In this document: positions 1-9,394 of the stretch, piece after piece | How positions within the stretch are numbered: the first letter of the stretch is position 1 | Layout: every line of letters starts with the position of its first letter | DNA from: Gemmatimonadales bacterium | GTDB lineage: Bacteria > Gemmatimonadota > Gemmatimonadetes > Gemmatimonadales > GWC2-71-9 | Length of the DNA stretch: 64,000 nucleotides | Assembly (NCBI GenBank): GCA_036394755.1 | Contig: DASWEL010000002.1 | Location: 73,166 to 137,165, forward strand | Reading direction: 5' to 3' | The notes under the pieces: generated by a model | The model's database searches: none | What the model was told of the DNA's origin: nothing | The model's input: the letters and a program-made list of their open reading frames with translations, nothing else | Translations under genes and position numbers: made by a program

Positions 1-87
1 CGGTCCCGCGGGGTTGCCGCTCCCCGGTGTCCCGTTTAGGTTTAGGCCTCTTTGCGGCGCCCTTAGAACTCATTGTCGGATCGAACT

Positions 88-279
88 ATGGCTCGAGTGT
101 GTGAGATTTGTGGCAAGCGTCCCATCACGGGACACAACATCAGCCACGCGAACAACAAGACGCCCCGGCGCTGGTATCCAAACCTCCAGCGCGTGCGGGT
201 CGTCGTAAACGGCGTCGTGCGCCGGATTCGCGTCTGCGCGCAGTGTATCAAATCGAATAGAGTCGCCAAGGCGTCCTAG
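88..279 (+). CDS. rpmB: 50S ribosomal protein L28
   Basis: [42 protein letters not shown]... is the L28 signature; ATG at 88 preferred over the TTG at 73 used by the ORF track. Confidence 0.9.
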   Translation: MARVCEICGKRPITGHNISHANNKTPRRWYPNLQRVRVVVNGVVRRIRVCAQCIKSNRVAKAS

Positions 280-295
280 GGGCGCGCTGCTCAAG

Positions 296-323
296 AAAAA
301 AGGGACCCTTCCGGGTCCCTTTT
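296..323. terminator. Bidirectional intrinsic terminator between convergent rpmB and rplQ
   Basis: Perfect 7-bp stem GGGACCC (302-308) / GGGTCCC (313-319), loop TTCC, flanked by A6 (296-301) and T4 (320-323). Confidence 0.65.
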
Positions 324-344
324 GCATTTCCACTCGCAGCCCGG

Positions 345-701
345 TCACTCAGCCAACAACTCGATGCGGGCGACGTCGGCGCCGTCGCCGACGCGATGGC
401 CGAGCTTCACGATCCGCGTGTAGCCGCCCGGCCGCGCCGCAAACCGCTTGCCAATCTCGGCGAACAGCTTGGTCGTGACCGCCTTGTCCTTGATCCGGCG
501 CTCCACCAGACGGCGCGCGTGTAGATCGCCGCGGCGCGCGAGCGTAATGAGCCGCTCCGCAAAGGGGCGCAGCTCCTTCGCCTTCGCCTCGGTGGTCTGA
601 ATGCCGCCGTGCTGAAAGAGGCTGGTCGCCATGTTATTCAGCGTCGCCTTCTTGTGGCTCGAGGTGCGCGAAAGCTGGCGGCCCTTGGCGCGGTGACGCA
701 T
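345..701 (-). CDS. rplQ: 50S ribosomal protein L17
   Basis: MRHRAKGRQLSRTSSHKKATLNNMATSLFQHGGIQTTEAKAKELRPFAERLIT... canonical L17; start overlaps rpoA stop by 1 nt (TAATG). Confidence 0.95.
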   Translation of the reverse strand: MRHRAKGRQLSRTSSHKKATLNNMATSLFQHGGIQTTEAKAKELRPFAERLITLARRGDLHARRLVERRIKDKAVTTKLFAEIGKRFAARPGGYTRIVKLGHRVGDGADVARIELLAE

Positions 702-1768
702 TACTCTTCCTCGGTCCCCGTGAGCTGCGCCTGCGGCGCGCTGCCCGGATCTACGATGCGAATCTCGCCGCCCGGCATCTCCTCGAGCTGCATCCCGAAG
801 TTCAAGCCCTCACGACGCAGCAATTCCGCGATTTCACCGAGTGCCTTCTCGCCGACGTTCTTGACCTTCAGGAGATCGTCTTCCTTGTAGCGGACGAGAT
901 CGCCCAGCGTCCGGATGTTCGAGTTCTTGAGCGAGTTCACCGACCGCACCGACAAACCGGCGTCGTCGATGGCGCGGCTCAGCACGTCACGCAGCCGCCC
1001 GCCTTCGGATCCACCGTTGCCCGCCCCGCCCGGTTCCCCCGGGACGATCGGCACCTTGCCGAAGTCGACGAAGAACCGGAAGTGCTCCTGCGCGAGCGCC
1101 GCGGCATACGCCACCGCGTCCTCGGGCGAAATCGTACCGTTGGTCTCGACGGTGAGCGTGAGCCGGTCGTAGTCCGTGCGCTGGCCGACGCGCGTCTCCG
1201 CCACGGTGAAATTCGCCCGGCGCACGGGGTTGTAGATCGAGTCCACGCGCACAACGTCGACCGCGAGTGTCCGGTCCACCGGATGCTGCTCGGCCTCGAC
1301 GTAGCCGCGGCCCTTGTTCACGTACAGCTCGCCCGCGATGTCGCGGTCGTCCTGAACGGTAAAGAGCAGCTGCTCGGGGTTCTGAATCGTCACCGCGCCG
1401 TGCGCCTCGAGATCGCGCGCATAGACCGGACCGGCCTTCTCCACTTTGAAGCGGAGGACCGCCTCATCCACGTCCGGCGCGAGCACCAGCGTCAGCTGCT
1501 TGAGGCGCTGAATGATCTGATGGACGTCTTCGACGACACCGGGGATGGTCTGGTGCTCGTGCACCACGCCGTCGATGCGGAACGCCCAGACCGCTGCGCC
1601 GCGTAGCGACGAGAGCAGGAGGCGGCGGAGCGAATTGCCCAATGTGTAGCCGTAGCCCCGCTCCAACGGCTGGAGCCGGAACTCGGCGGAATTCGGGTTG
1701 TCCTCGCGCTTGGTCATCTCGACCAGATGCGGCCGGACCAACCCCGTCAAATCAAGAGTCGTAATCAC
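701..1768 (-). CDS. rpoA: DNA-directed RNA polymerase subunit alpha
   Basis: 355 aa; NTD motif ...LERGYGYTLGNSLRRLLLSSL... and CTD ...LSVRSVNSLKNSNIRTLGDLV...VKNVGEKALGEI; GTG start overlaps rpsD stop (GTGA). Confidence 0.95.
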   Translation of the reverse strand: MITTLDLTGLVRPHLVEMTKREDNPNSAEFRLQPLERGYGYTLGNSLRRLLLSSLRGAAVWAFRIDGVVHEHQTIPGVVEDVHQIIQRLKQLTLVLAPDVDEAVLRFKVEKAGPVYARDLEAHGAVTIQNPEQLLFTVQDDRDIAGELYVNKGRGYVEAEQHPVDRTLAVDVVRVDSIYNPVRRANFTVAETRVGQRTDYDRLTLTVETNGTISPEDAVAYAAALAQEHFRFFVDFGKVPIVPGEPGGAGNGGSEGGRLRDVLSRAIDDAGLSVRSVNSLKNSNIRTLGDLVRYKEDDLLKVKNVGEKALGEIAELLRREGLNFGMQLEEMPGGEIRIVDPGSAPQAQLTGTEEE

Positions 1769-2400
1769 TTGGAATAGAGCTCGACGATTAACTGTTCTTG
1801 TGCCGCGAGCGGGATGGCGTCGCGGGTTGGCCGCTCGGTCATCTTGCCCAGCACTTTGTCAGTGTCCACCTGGATCCACGAAACCGGTTGCCCACGCCCG
1901 AACTGCTCGAGCGCGACCTTCACCTGCACGAGCTCGCGGCTCGCATCGGCGACCCGCACCTCTTCGCCGAGACGCACGCGATAGGACGGAATGTCCAGCA
2001 CGCGTCCGTTGACGAGGATATGCCGATGCCGCACCAGCTGGCGGGCCTGCTTGCGCGACGTCGCGAAACCCATCCGATACACGAGATTGTCGAGCCGGCT
2101 CTCGAGGGCCACGAGCAGGGCTTCGCCCGTCACACCCGGCTCCTTGATCGCCCGCTCGAAAAGGTTGCGGAATTGGCGTTCCGACAGGCCATAAATCCGC
2201 TTCACTTTCTGTTTTTCGCGCAGCTGCTTCGCGTACTCCGACGCCTTGCGGCGCCGTCCGGTCGACTGACCGTGTTGCCCGGGCGCGTAGGCACGGCGCT
2301 CGACGGCGCATTTCTCCGTCAGACACCGCGTGCCCTTCAGAAAAAGCTTGGTGCCTTCGCGCCGGCACAATCTGCAAACGGGTCCCGTATAACGCGCCAT
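1765..2400 (-). CDS. rpsD: 30S ribosomal protein S4
   Basis: MARYTGPVCRLCRREGTKLFLKGTRC... plus S4 RNA-binding domain; position between rpsK and rpoA. Confidence 0.95.
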   Translation of the reverse strand: MARYTGPVCRLCRREGTKLFLKGTRCLTEKCAVERRAYAPGQHGQSTGRRRKASEYAKQLREKQKVKRIYGLSERQFRNLFERAIKEPGVTGEALLVALESRLDNLVYRMGFATSRKQARQLVRHRHILVNGRVLDIPSYRVRLGEEVRVADASRELVQVKVALEQFGRGQPVSWIQVDTDKVLGKMTERPTRDAIPLAAQEQLIVELYSK

Positions 2401-2401
2401 G

Positions 2402-2860
2402 TTAGACCCGCCGCTTCTTGGGCGGCCGGCACCCGTTGTGCGGAATCGGCGTCACGTCGCGGATCGAGCGGATCTGCAGTCCGGCACTCGCGAGCGCCTG
2501 AATGGCCGACTCGCGGCCGGAGCCGGGACCCTGCACGCGGACGTGCACGCGCTTCACGCCCAGGTTCAACGCCTCACGCGCCGCCTGCTCGGCCGCGACG
2601 GTGGCGGCGAAGGGCGTCGACTTCTTGGAGCCCTTGAACCCGGCCTTGCCGGACGAGCCCCAGGTGATCGCGTTGCCCTGCAGATCCGTGATCGTGATGA
2701 GCGTGTTGTTGAACGTCGCGGTCACGTGCGCGATGCCCTCGGCCTCGACGATCTTCTTGGTGCGCTTGGCGCCACCGGCCACACGCGCTGCTGCGGGTTT
2801 GGCGTCCGGCTTTGCCTCCGGCTTTGCTTCCGGCTTCGCGTCTGGTTTTGCGTCGGCCAT
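2402..2860 (-). CDS. rpsK: 30S ribosomal protein S11 with N-terminal AKP(D/E) repeat extension
   Basis: C-terminal ~120 aa canonical S11 (...[30 protein letters not shown]...[20 protein letters not shown]...); first ~25 aa [22 protein letters not shown]. Confidence 0.95.
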   Translation of the reverse strand: MADAKPDAKPEAKPEAKPDAKPAAARVAGGAKRTKKIVEAEGIAHVTATFNNTLITITDLQGNAITWGSSGKAGFKGSKKSTPFAATVAAEQAAREALNLGVKRVHVRVQGPGSGRESAIQALASAGLQIRSIRDVTPIPHNGCRPPKKRRV

Positions 2861-2866
2861 GTGCCT

Positions 2867-3250
2867 CTACTTTTTCAGCACGGGCTTCTTCTTGCCCGCG
2901 ATGGCGCGCCGTGGTCCCTTCTTGGTGCGCGCGTTGGTGTGCGTGCGCTGGCCGCGCACCGGCAGATTCTTGCGATGACGACCGCCCCGGTACGTGCCGA
3001 TGTCCATCAAGCGCTTGATGTTCATCGCGATTTCCGTCCGGAGCGCGCCTTCGACCTTGTAATCCCGTTCGATCACCTGGCGCAGCCGTGCGACTTCGGC
3101 GTCCCGCAAATCGCGCACGCGCGCGTCCGGGCTGATGCCCGTCTCCGCGAGGATGCGAACCGAGTTGCTGGGACCGATACCGAAGATGTACGGAAGTGCG
3201 TACTGGATTTTTTTATCGCGCGGCAAATCCACGCCTGCAATACGAGCCAT
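2867..3250 (-). CDS. rpsM: 30S ribosomal protein S13
   Basis: [30 protein letters not shown]... canonical S13. Confidence 0.95.
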   Translation of the reverse strand: MARIAGVDLPRDKKIQYALPYIFGIGPSNSVRILAETGISPDARVRDLRDAEVARLRQVIERDYKVEGALRTEIAMNIKRLMDIGTYRGGRHRKNLPVRGQRTHTNARTKKGPRRAIAGKKKPVLKK

Positions 3251-3258
3251 GCCTCTCC

Positions 3259-3375
3259 TTAACCCTGCCGCTGTTTATGCTTGGGGTTGCGCTTGCAGAT
3301 CACGCGAATCACGCCCCGCCGCGTCACGACTTTGCAGTGCTCGCAGATGGGGCGCACGCTCGAACGTACCTTCAA
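3259..3375 (-). CDS. rpmJ: 50S ribosomal protein L36
   Basis: 38 aa (L)[37 protein letters not shown] with the C-x2-C...C-x4-H zinc motif; TTG start 3373-3375 with GGAG 7 nt upstream; ORF-track start at 3447 is an upstream extension. Confidence 0.85.
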   Translation of the reverse strand: MKVRSSVRPICEHCKVVTRRGVIRVICKRNPKHKQRQG

Positions 3376-3418
3376 CAGGCTGCTCCGGAAAAGTGAAAAT
3401 GTTCTGGCTGAGCCGTGA

Positions 3419-3447
3419 AGAATAGACGGGGTGTGGATTTCACGCAA
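3419..3447 (-). promoter_or_regulatory. Putative sigma70-type promoter of the rpmJ-rplQ operon
   Basis: Minus strand TTGCGT (3442-3447) - 17 nt - TATTCT (3419-3424), about 45 nt upstream of the rpmJ start. Confidence 0.3.
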
Positions 3448-3466
3448 GGGGCCATGCTACAATCGA

Positions 3467-3886
3467 TTACGGGGCGCTGCGTAGCTCCACGAGACGCCAC
3501 TCGCGGTCCAATAACCGATACCCGAGAAACAGGGTCTCATGACGCAATTCCGTCGTTCCGGCGACCACATAGCGGCGGGTTAACTCCACAAAGCCCTTCC
3601 CCGGCTCCACCTCGCGGATCGCCGTCACGTCGAGCCCTCGCTCCTCGGCGGGCCGAAAGTACCGGCGCAACAGCTCGATCGCCTGCGGCCGCCCCAGCGG
3701 GGACGACGGATCTGCGCCTGGAATCTGCAGGATCAGCGTCGAGCTTCGCCCCACCAGGCCCTGTGCGTCATGGGCGGACCATGCGGCTTTGGCCCGGGCC
3801 GCCGCATCGGACAGCGTTGCCTGAGCGGCGACCTGAACCGGCAGCGCGACCATGCAGAGCGACAGCCATAGCCGTGAAGTGTGCAT
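3467..3886 (-). CDS. Secreted hypothetical protein, NTF2/SnoaL-like by eye
   Basis: Signal peptide MHTSRLWLSLCMVALPVQVAAQA followed by ~115 aa; alternative TTG start at 3907 overlapping pyrF stop; family call tentative. Confidence 0.55.
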   Translation of the reverse strand: MHTSRLWLSLCMVALPVQVAAQATLSDAAARAKAAWSAHDAQGLVGRSSTLILQIPGADPSSPLGRPQAIELLRRYFRPAEERGLDVTAIREVEPGKGFVELTRRYVVAGTTELRHETLFLGYRLLDREWRLVELRSAP

Positions 3887-3903
3887 AGGGCTGGGTGATA
3901 CCC

Positions 3904-4584
3904 TCAATCGAGCGCTTCGACCAAACGGCGGTAGGCGGCGACCGGATCGCGCGCCGCCGTAATCGGCCGTCCGACCACGAGATGGGTCGCGCCGCGGTGC
4001 ACGGCTTCTGCCGGTTCGATCGTGCGCACCTGATCGCCGGCGGGGTCGCCGGGCGCGCGAACGCCCGGGACCACGATCACTGGCTCGGGGCCGAGTGCTT
4101 CCCGCAACAGGCCAAGCTCCCGGCCCGATGCGACGACGCCGCGCAATCCCGCCTGTAGCGCCGCGCGCGCCAGACGCTCCGCTTCAAATCCGACATCGGG
4201 AACGCCGCGTCCCAAAATGCCCTCGAGCTCGGCGCCATCATGCGAGGTCAGCACCGTCACACCAACGACCGCGAGGTCCTGCCCGGCCGCCGTGGCGGCA
4301 GCCGTCAGCATGGCGCGACCCCCGAGACAGTGGACCGTGGTCATCGACACGCCAAGCTCGCGCGCCGCACTCACGGCACTCGCCACAATGTGGGGAATGT
4401 CGTGCCACTTGAGATCGAGAAACACGCGAATGCCGCGCGCCGTGAATTCTCTGACGAGCGATGGCCCTTCGCGGTTGAACAGCACCGGGCCGACTTTGGC
4501 CCATCGCAGACCCGGCAGCCGCGCGGCGAGCGCCAGCGCCTCGCTCCCGCTCGGCAAATCGAAGGCGACGATCAGCTCAGCCAC
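3904..4584 (-). CDS. pyrF: Orotidine 5'-phosphate decarboxylase
   Basis: ...LIVAFDLP...WAKVGPVLF...RVFLDLKWHDIPHIVA... OMP decarboxylase motifs, 226 aa. Confidence 0.9.
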   Translation of the reverse strand: MAELIVAFDLPSGSEALALAARLPGLRWAKVGPVLFNREGPSLVREFTARGIRVFLDLKWHDIPHIVASAVSAARELGVSMTTVHCLGGRAMLTAAATAAGQDLAVVGVTVLTSHDGAELEGILGRGVPDVGFEAERLARAALQAGLRGVVASGRELGLLREALGPEPVIVVPGVRAPGDPAGDQVRTIEPAEAVHRGATHLVVGRPITAARDPVAAYRRLVEALD

Positions 4585-5416
4585 GGTTCAGCTCGCGGGC
4601 GATGCGCACGGGTACGCGCGGATCAGCGAGCGCGGCGGTGCCGATGGCCACGAGCGCTGCGCCCGCGGCCAAATACTCGCGCGCATCGGCGACATTGCGG
4701 ACACCGCCCACGCCGATGACGGGCATGTCGACGCGCTCGCGTACGCGGCGCGTGGCGAGCACACCGATGGGCAGCAACGCGGGACCGCTCAGCCCGCCGC
4801 TGCCGTTGCCGAGTCGCTTGTCCAGTAATCCCGGCATCGTGTTCACGAGGCTGACCGCCTCCGCACCTTCATCGCGCGCGACGCGCGCCATTGCCGGGAT
4901 GTCGGGCAGCACCGGTGACAATTTAACCGTGAGCGGCCGCGTTGAAACGCGCCGGCAGGCGCGCACCAGCTCGGCCAGGCTGCCGGGCTCCGCGCCGAAC
5001 TCGAGGCCGCCCGCCTTCGTGTTGGGACAGGAGGCGTTGACCTCGAAGGCGGTGATCGCCTCGAGCGGGGTAAGCCGTTCGATCACCCGGACGTAGTCGG
5101 TGACCGTCGCGCCGGCCACGTTGACGATGATCCGCGCGCGCCGCAGCCGCTGCGACAGCCAGGGCAGCTCGTGTTCGGCGACGCGCTCCACACCCGGATT
5201 CGCAAGCCCCACGGCGTTCAGCATGCCGCCGCGAAACTCGGCGACCCGCAGCGCCGGGTGGCCCTGGCGAGGCTCTGGCGTCACCGCCTTCGTGACGATA
5301 CCGCCGAGCAGATCGAGGTCGATGACATCATCGAGCTCGCGGCCAAAGCCGGCAGTGCCGGCGGCAAGGAGAATCGGATTTTGGAAGCTGGTCCCGAAGA
5401 GGTCGATGGCGCTCAC
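4577..5416 (-). CDS. pyrD: Dihydroorotate dehydrogenase (class 1-like catalytic subunit)
   Basis: ...FQNPILLAAGTAGFG...LNAVGLANPGVE...NASCPNTK...VKLSP...GGLSGPAL...IGVGGV... Confidence 0.85.
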   Translation of the reverse strand: MSAIDLFGTSFQNPILLAAGTAGFGRELDDVIDLDLLGGIVTKAVTPEPRQGHPALRVAEFRGGMLNAVGLANPGVERVAEHELPWLSQRLRRARIIVNVAGATVTDYVRVIERLTPLEAITAFEVNASCPNTKAGGLEFGAEPGSLAELVRACRRVSTRPLTVKLSPVLPDIPAMARVARDEGAEAVSLVNTMPGLLDKRLGNGSGGLSGPALLPIGVLATRRVRERVDMPVIGVGGVRNVADAREYLAAGAALVAIGTAALADPRVPVRIARELNRG

Positions 5417-6477
5417 TTGGGCCTGTCGAGGCGCGGACCGCGTGGGCCCGGTACTGGAGCATCGAACCGTACGCCGGCGGAGACGGGGTTGCCCCGCGTG
5501 CCACCTCCCTGCACGCCCAGCTCGCGCGCCAGCGAATCCTCCGCCGCTGCGTACGCGACGCTCGGTTCGCCGTGGAATGCACGCGTATAGGGCGATCCCG
5601 CATAGCGCGAGTCGAGGACGGCAACGAGCGAATCGCGGCGTTCGGGCAGCACATCGAAGGCGGCGATCAGCGCTTTGGGGGCGTAGAGCGACGTCGAGTC
5701 AGCCGCCACCGCATCCAGAAAGAGCTGACCGGCGAGCGCTGGCGCCTGCAACGAGTCGCGCGCGATCTCGGCGGCGCGGAAGCGCGCGGCGGGTGTCCCC
5801 GCGGCACCCATCACAACTGTGAGCAGATCGAGTACGCGACTGGCTTCCTCGGTGCCACTCACGGTGCGCGGCAGTCGCTCGAGCGCACTCGCGATCGGCG
5901 TCAGATCGGCGCGCTGCGTGGCTCGCGCCACCCGCAGCTGCTGCTCGCTCACCAGTGCCCGTCCTGCAGCGCCCAGTTCGCGCGAGCTCTGGAAGTGTGT
6001 GGTGGCCGCGCGGTGGTCCAACCGCAAGGCGGCCGCCCGGCCGGCGATGAATTGAGCACGCGAGCGCCGGTCGGGATCTTTCGAGGTGAGCGGCGCGGCC
6101 AGCACGGCCTCCGCATGGACCGGGTCACCCCCGGCCAGCGCGCATTCTGCGTCGGCCAGATCGATCCGTTCGCGCCGCGTCGCATCCTGCACAGTGGCGC
6201 GCGCTTGTGCGATCGGGTCGGCCGCGTCCCGGCACGCGCCCGAATAGGCGAGCCCTTCCGCGCGCAGCACGACGGCATCGTCGGTCCGCCATGACTTGGT
6301 CTTCGCGGCCGCCTGTGCCCATTGTGCCCGTGCCTCGGATGGCTGGCCATGCTGTTCGAGCTGCCGGGCGTCACTGGCATGACGCTTGGCGCTCCACATG
6401 GCGTTGTTGTACGTGCATCCGCTGGCCACGACCCCGGCGAGCTGGGTGAGCGCGATCCAGCGCAGCCGCGGCGTCAT
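5413..6477 (-). CDS. Hypothetical lipoprotein, Ala/Arg-rich helical
   Basis: Lipobox LAGVVASGC near N-terminus; high third-position GC; no catalytic motif recognised. Confidence 0.6.
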   Translation of the reverse strand: MTPRLRWIALTQLAGVVASGCTYNNAMWSAKRHASDARQLEQHGQPSEARAQWAQAAAKTKSWRTDDAVVLRAEGLAYSGACRDAADPIAQARATVQDATRRERIDLADAECALAGGDPVHAEAVLAAPLTSKDPDRRSRAQFIAGRAAALRLDHRAATTHFQSSRELGAAGRALVSEQQLRVARATQRADLTPIASALERLPRTVSGTEEASRVLDLLTVVMGAAGTPAARFRAAEIARDSLQAPALAGQLFLDAVAADSTSLYAPKALIAAFDVLPERRDSLVAVLDSRYAGSPYTRAFHGEPSVAYAAAEDSLARELGVQGGGTRGNPVSAGVRFDAPVPGPRGPRLDRPK

Positions 6478-7646
6478 CGTGCCTGGCCGCTCCCCCCGCC
6501 TCCCGTGCCGGCGATCTTTCGCTCGAACTCGAGCAGGTAGGCGACGATCCCGTCCGCGATTGCCAGGGCGATCTTGCGTTGGCCCTGCGCCGACCCGAGG
6601 AACGTGCCGTCCTTCTGGTTTGTAGCGAATCCCGTTTCGACCAGGATCGACGGTCGGCGGGCCGCCGCGAGGACGAGGAACGGACCCTGCTGCACGCCGC
6701 GGTCCTCGCCGGGATGGACCGCCGCCACCTTCCCCTGCACCAGCTCAGCGAGTCGCGCCGACTCCCGGAGGTATTCGTTGAGCTGCAAGTCGTTCAAGAT
6801 GAATCCCACTGGTCCCCCGCTGCCGGCGGAAGACGTCTCGAACCGGAGCGCATCGTTTTCCATCTGTGCCACGCGCTTCTGATCTTCGGTCTTCGCATCA
6901 GACACGAAGTAGGTCTCCACACCATTCACTTGTTTCTGCCGCCGGCCCGCGGGCATGGCATTCACGTGTATGCTCACGAAGAGGTCGCAGTCGGCCCGGC
7001 AGAACAAGGGGCGGCTCGCCAGATCGATGAGTGTGTCGGTGGCACGCGTGAGCACGACATTCAAGCCGCGTCGCACCAGCTCGGCGCGCAGCAGTTGGCC
7101 GATGCCGAGAGTGATGTCCTTCTCCGTGATGCCGTGCGGCAGCGTGAGGCCGGGGTTCCCGGGATCCACACCGCCATGACCGGGGTCGACGACGATCGTA
7201 TGGGGAAGCCGCAGTCCGGTGGTCGAATTCGGCGCGGCCGCAATGATAACCGGAACGGGCGGCACCGGTCGCTCATCAAGTCGGGCCAGCCTCGGATCCC
7301 AGCGATACCGGCTCGCCAACAGGCGCGGCACGTAGTCGGCCAGCCAGTGCAACGGCAGGAACAGCGTGTCGCGCGCAACGTACGGCGCACCAACCATCGG
7401 ATAGGCCGCACCGTCGTACCGAACGAACGGCGATCCGACATCAAAATCGAATGTGCTCCCGCCCAGCGAGACATGCGCCGCCGAGCCGTCGAGCGACACG
7501 GTGAGTCCGAGCGGCTGCGCGAGCAGCACGGCCGCCACCGCCGCGGTACCGGACTCGTTGGTGACCGGGATGCTGGCCTGACCGCGCGACGTCGCGATCA
7601 GGACCTGCTGCGGAATCAAGGCGGCCAGGAGCAGAAAGAAGATCAT
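6474..7646 (-). CDS. N-acetylmuramoyl-L-alanine amidase (Amidase_3 / AmiC-like)
   Basis: ...VVDPGHGGVDPGNPG...DLFVSIHVNA...ETGFATN... zinc-ligand motifs; N-terminal ~150-aa accessory domain after a signal anchor. Confidence 0.85.
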   Translation of the reverse strand: MIFFLLLAALIPQQVLIATSRGQASIPVTNESGTAAVAAVLLAQPLGLTVSLDGSAAHVSLGGSTFDFDVGSPFVRYDGAAYPMVGAPYVARDTLFLPLHWLADYVPRLLASRYRWDPRLARLDERPVPPVPVIIAAAPNSTTGLRLPHTIVVDPGHGGVDPGNPGLTLPHGITEKDITLGIGQLLRAELVRRGLNVVLTRATDTLIDLASRPLFCRADCDLFVSIHVNAMPAGRRQKQVNGVETYFVSDAKTEDQKRVAQMENDALRFETSSAGSGGPVGFILNDLQLNEYLRESARLAELVQGKVAAVHPGEDRGVQQGPFLVLAAARRPSILVETGFATNQKDGTFLGSAQGQRKIALAIADGIVAYLLEFERKIAGTGGGGSGQAR

Positions 7647-8098
7647 GACCGTCTGCCCTTCACAACGCGTGCCATCTCGCGCTCGGCGACCCGGCGCTTC
7701 AGGTCCTCGCGCTTGTCATGCGCTTTCTTCGCTTTCGCCAGCGCGATCGCGACCTTGGCCAGACCGTCCTTGAAGTAGATCTCGAGCGGGACGACCGTGA
7801 GACCCTTCTGCGTCGTGGCGCCGAGGAGTTTGCGGATTTCGCGCTTGTGGAGAAGCAGTTTGCGGGAACGAGCCGGGGGCGGATTGTTGTAGCTGCCGGG
7901 TCCGTAGTGCGAAATCGTCATCCCTTCCAGCCAGACTTCGCCGTTGCGAACGTGCGCGTACGCTTCGTTCAAGCTCGCTTTGCGATCGCGCAGCGACTTT
8001 ACCTCGGTCCCTGTAAGCACGAGTCCCGCCTCCCACGTCTCCAGGAGATGGTAATCGTGCCGGGCTTTAGGGTTCCTGGCGATGGAAATTTTTTCCAC
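7643..8098 (-). CDS. smpB: SsrA-binding protein
   Basis: ...ARHDYHLLETWEAGLVLTGTEVKSLR...AYAHVRNGEVWL...RKLLLHKREI... Confidence 0.95.
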   Translation of the reverse strand: MEKISIARNPKARHDYHLLETWEAGLVLTGTEVKSLRDRKASLNEAYAHVRNGEVWLEGMTISHYGPGSYNNPPPARSRKLLLHKREIRKLLGATTQKGLTVVPLEIYFKDGLAKVAIALAKAKKAHDKREDLKRRVAEREMARVVKGRRS

Positions 8099-8120
8099 GC
8101 TGTCGTCGGCAAGATACGCA

Positions 8121-8150
8121 TTGACTTGGGGTTATACAACGATCTAGATT
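8121..8150 (+). promoter_or_regulatory. Putative promoter of tRNA-Leu
   Basis: TTGACT (8121-8126) - 18 nt - TAGATT (8145-8150), about 22 nt before the tRNA 5' end. Confidence 0.35.
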
Positions 8151-8172
8151 GCCGTTCCTCAAAAAAAGCCTC

Positions 8173-8256
8173 GCCGAAGTGGTGGAACTGGTAGACGCGC
8201 TGGCTTCAGGAGCCAGTGGGCGCAAGCCCGTGGGGGTTCGAGTCCCCCCTTCGGCA
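8173..8256 (+). tRNA. tRNA-Leu (anticodon CAG)
   Basis: Acceptor GCCGAAG/CTTCGGC, anticodon stem CTGGC/GCCAG with loop TTCAGGA, long variable arm, T arm GGGGG-TTCGAGT-CCCCC, discriminator A; CCA not encoded. Confidence 0.85.
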
Positions 8257-8257
8257 C

Positions 8258-9394
8258 TTAATACCTCGGAACTGTGTCGTCTACCTCTCGAGACCAAGCG
8301 TCGATCCCGCCAGCTAAGCTGCGCACACTCGAGAATCCCGCTCCTTTGAGAATCTCGCGCGCCTTGAGCGAGCGCGGACCGTGATGACACAGCGTGACGA
8401 TATCACCATGGCCGGAGAGCTCAGCCAAACGCCCCGGCAATTCTCGCAACGGAATCAGACGCGCGCCCGCGATGTGCGCGATCTCCGCTTCACGCGGCTC
8501 ACGCACGTCCACGAGAACGAGATCAGGCCTCCGCGCACGCTCGCGCTCCAGCTCCAGGGCAGTGATCTCGTCCCCAGCCCCCAATCCCGAGCCCCCAGCC
8601 CCACAAAACGCCTCGTAATCGATCAACTCCGTCACTGTGGGATGCTCACCGCACACCGGGCAGTCGGGATCTTTTTGCAGCGCGAGCTCGCGGAACTGCA
8701 TGCGCCGGCCGTCGAACAACACGAGGCGGCCGATCAACGACTCGCCAAACCCGACGATCAGCTTGATCGCTTCCAGTGCCTGCAGCGACCCGATGATTCC
8801 CGGCAGCACGCCAAGCACGCCGCCATCGGCGCACGAGGGCACGAGATCGGGTGGCGGTGGTTCCGCGTAAAGACACCGGTAGCAGGGTCCCTCTTTCGCG
8901 TAAAACACCGAGACCTGTCCGTCGAACCGGAAAACCGAACCGTACACGTCGGGTTTGCCGAGCAAGACACACGCGTCATTGACGAGATAGCGAGTGGGAA
9001 AATTGTCGGAGCCGTCGACGACGATGTCGAACTCCCGGAGGATCTGGAGGGCGTTGCCGGACGTCAGCCTCTCGCCGAATGTTTCGACCTGCACGTGCGG
9101 ATTGACGTCGCGCAGACGCGCGCGCGCGGAGTCGATCTTGGGCGTGCCGATCGCGGCGGTCCCGTGGAGGATTTGGCGCTGCAGGTTGCTACGATCGACG
9201 AGATCGAAATCGACGAGCCCGAGCGTCCCGACACCGGCGGCGGCGAGGTACAACGCCGCCGGAGATCCCAGTCCCCCCGCGCCGATGAGCGCGACACGCG
9301 CACCCTGGAGTTTCGCCTGGCCATCGAGACCTACATCAGGAAGCGTGAGGTGCCGGGAGTACCGCAGCAGCTCCTCATGCGACAGCGGCGTCAA
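8258..9394 (-). CDS. moeZ: ThiF/MoeB-type adenylyltransferase fused to rhodanese (MoeZ/MoeBR-like sulfurtransferase)
   Basis: ...RYSRHLTLPDVGLDGQAKLQGARVALIGAGGLGSPAALYLAAAGVG...DRSNLQRQ..., CxxC pairs, C-terminal rhodanese with ...LCHHGPRS... Confidence 0.85.
   Translation of the reverse strand: MTPLSHEELLRYSRHLTLPDVGLDGQAKLQGARVALIGAGGLGSPAALYLAAAGVGTLGLVDFDLVDRSNLQRQILHGTAAIGTPKIDSARARLRDVNPHVQVETFGERLTSGNALQILREFDIVVDGSDNFPTRYLVNDACVLLGKPDVYGSVFRFDGQVSVFYAKEGPCYRCLYAEPPPPDLVPSCADGGVLGVLPGIIGSLQALEAIKLIVGFGESLIGRLVLFDGRRMQFRELALQKDPDCPVCGEHPTVTELIDYEAFCGAGGSGLGAGDEITALELERERARRPDLVLVDVREPREAEIAHIAGARLIPLRELPGRLAELSGHGDIVTLCHHGPRSLKAREILKGAGFSSVRSLAGGIDAWSREVDDTVPRY

Noticed and set aside
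3259-5416. Absence of secY-adk-map-infA upstream of rpmJ as a sign of rearrangement or an island
   Set aside because: The alpha operon appears to have its own plausible promoter, and the split of the spc and alpha operons varies among phyla. Nothing else marks the pyrF/pyrD region as foreign.
8173-8260. tRNA-Leu as a possible integration site for a mobile element
   Set aside because: There is no integrase, no direct repeat of the tRNA 3' end, no compositional break and no phage-like genes on either side. The adjacent moeZ-like gene ends 1 nt from the tRNA.
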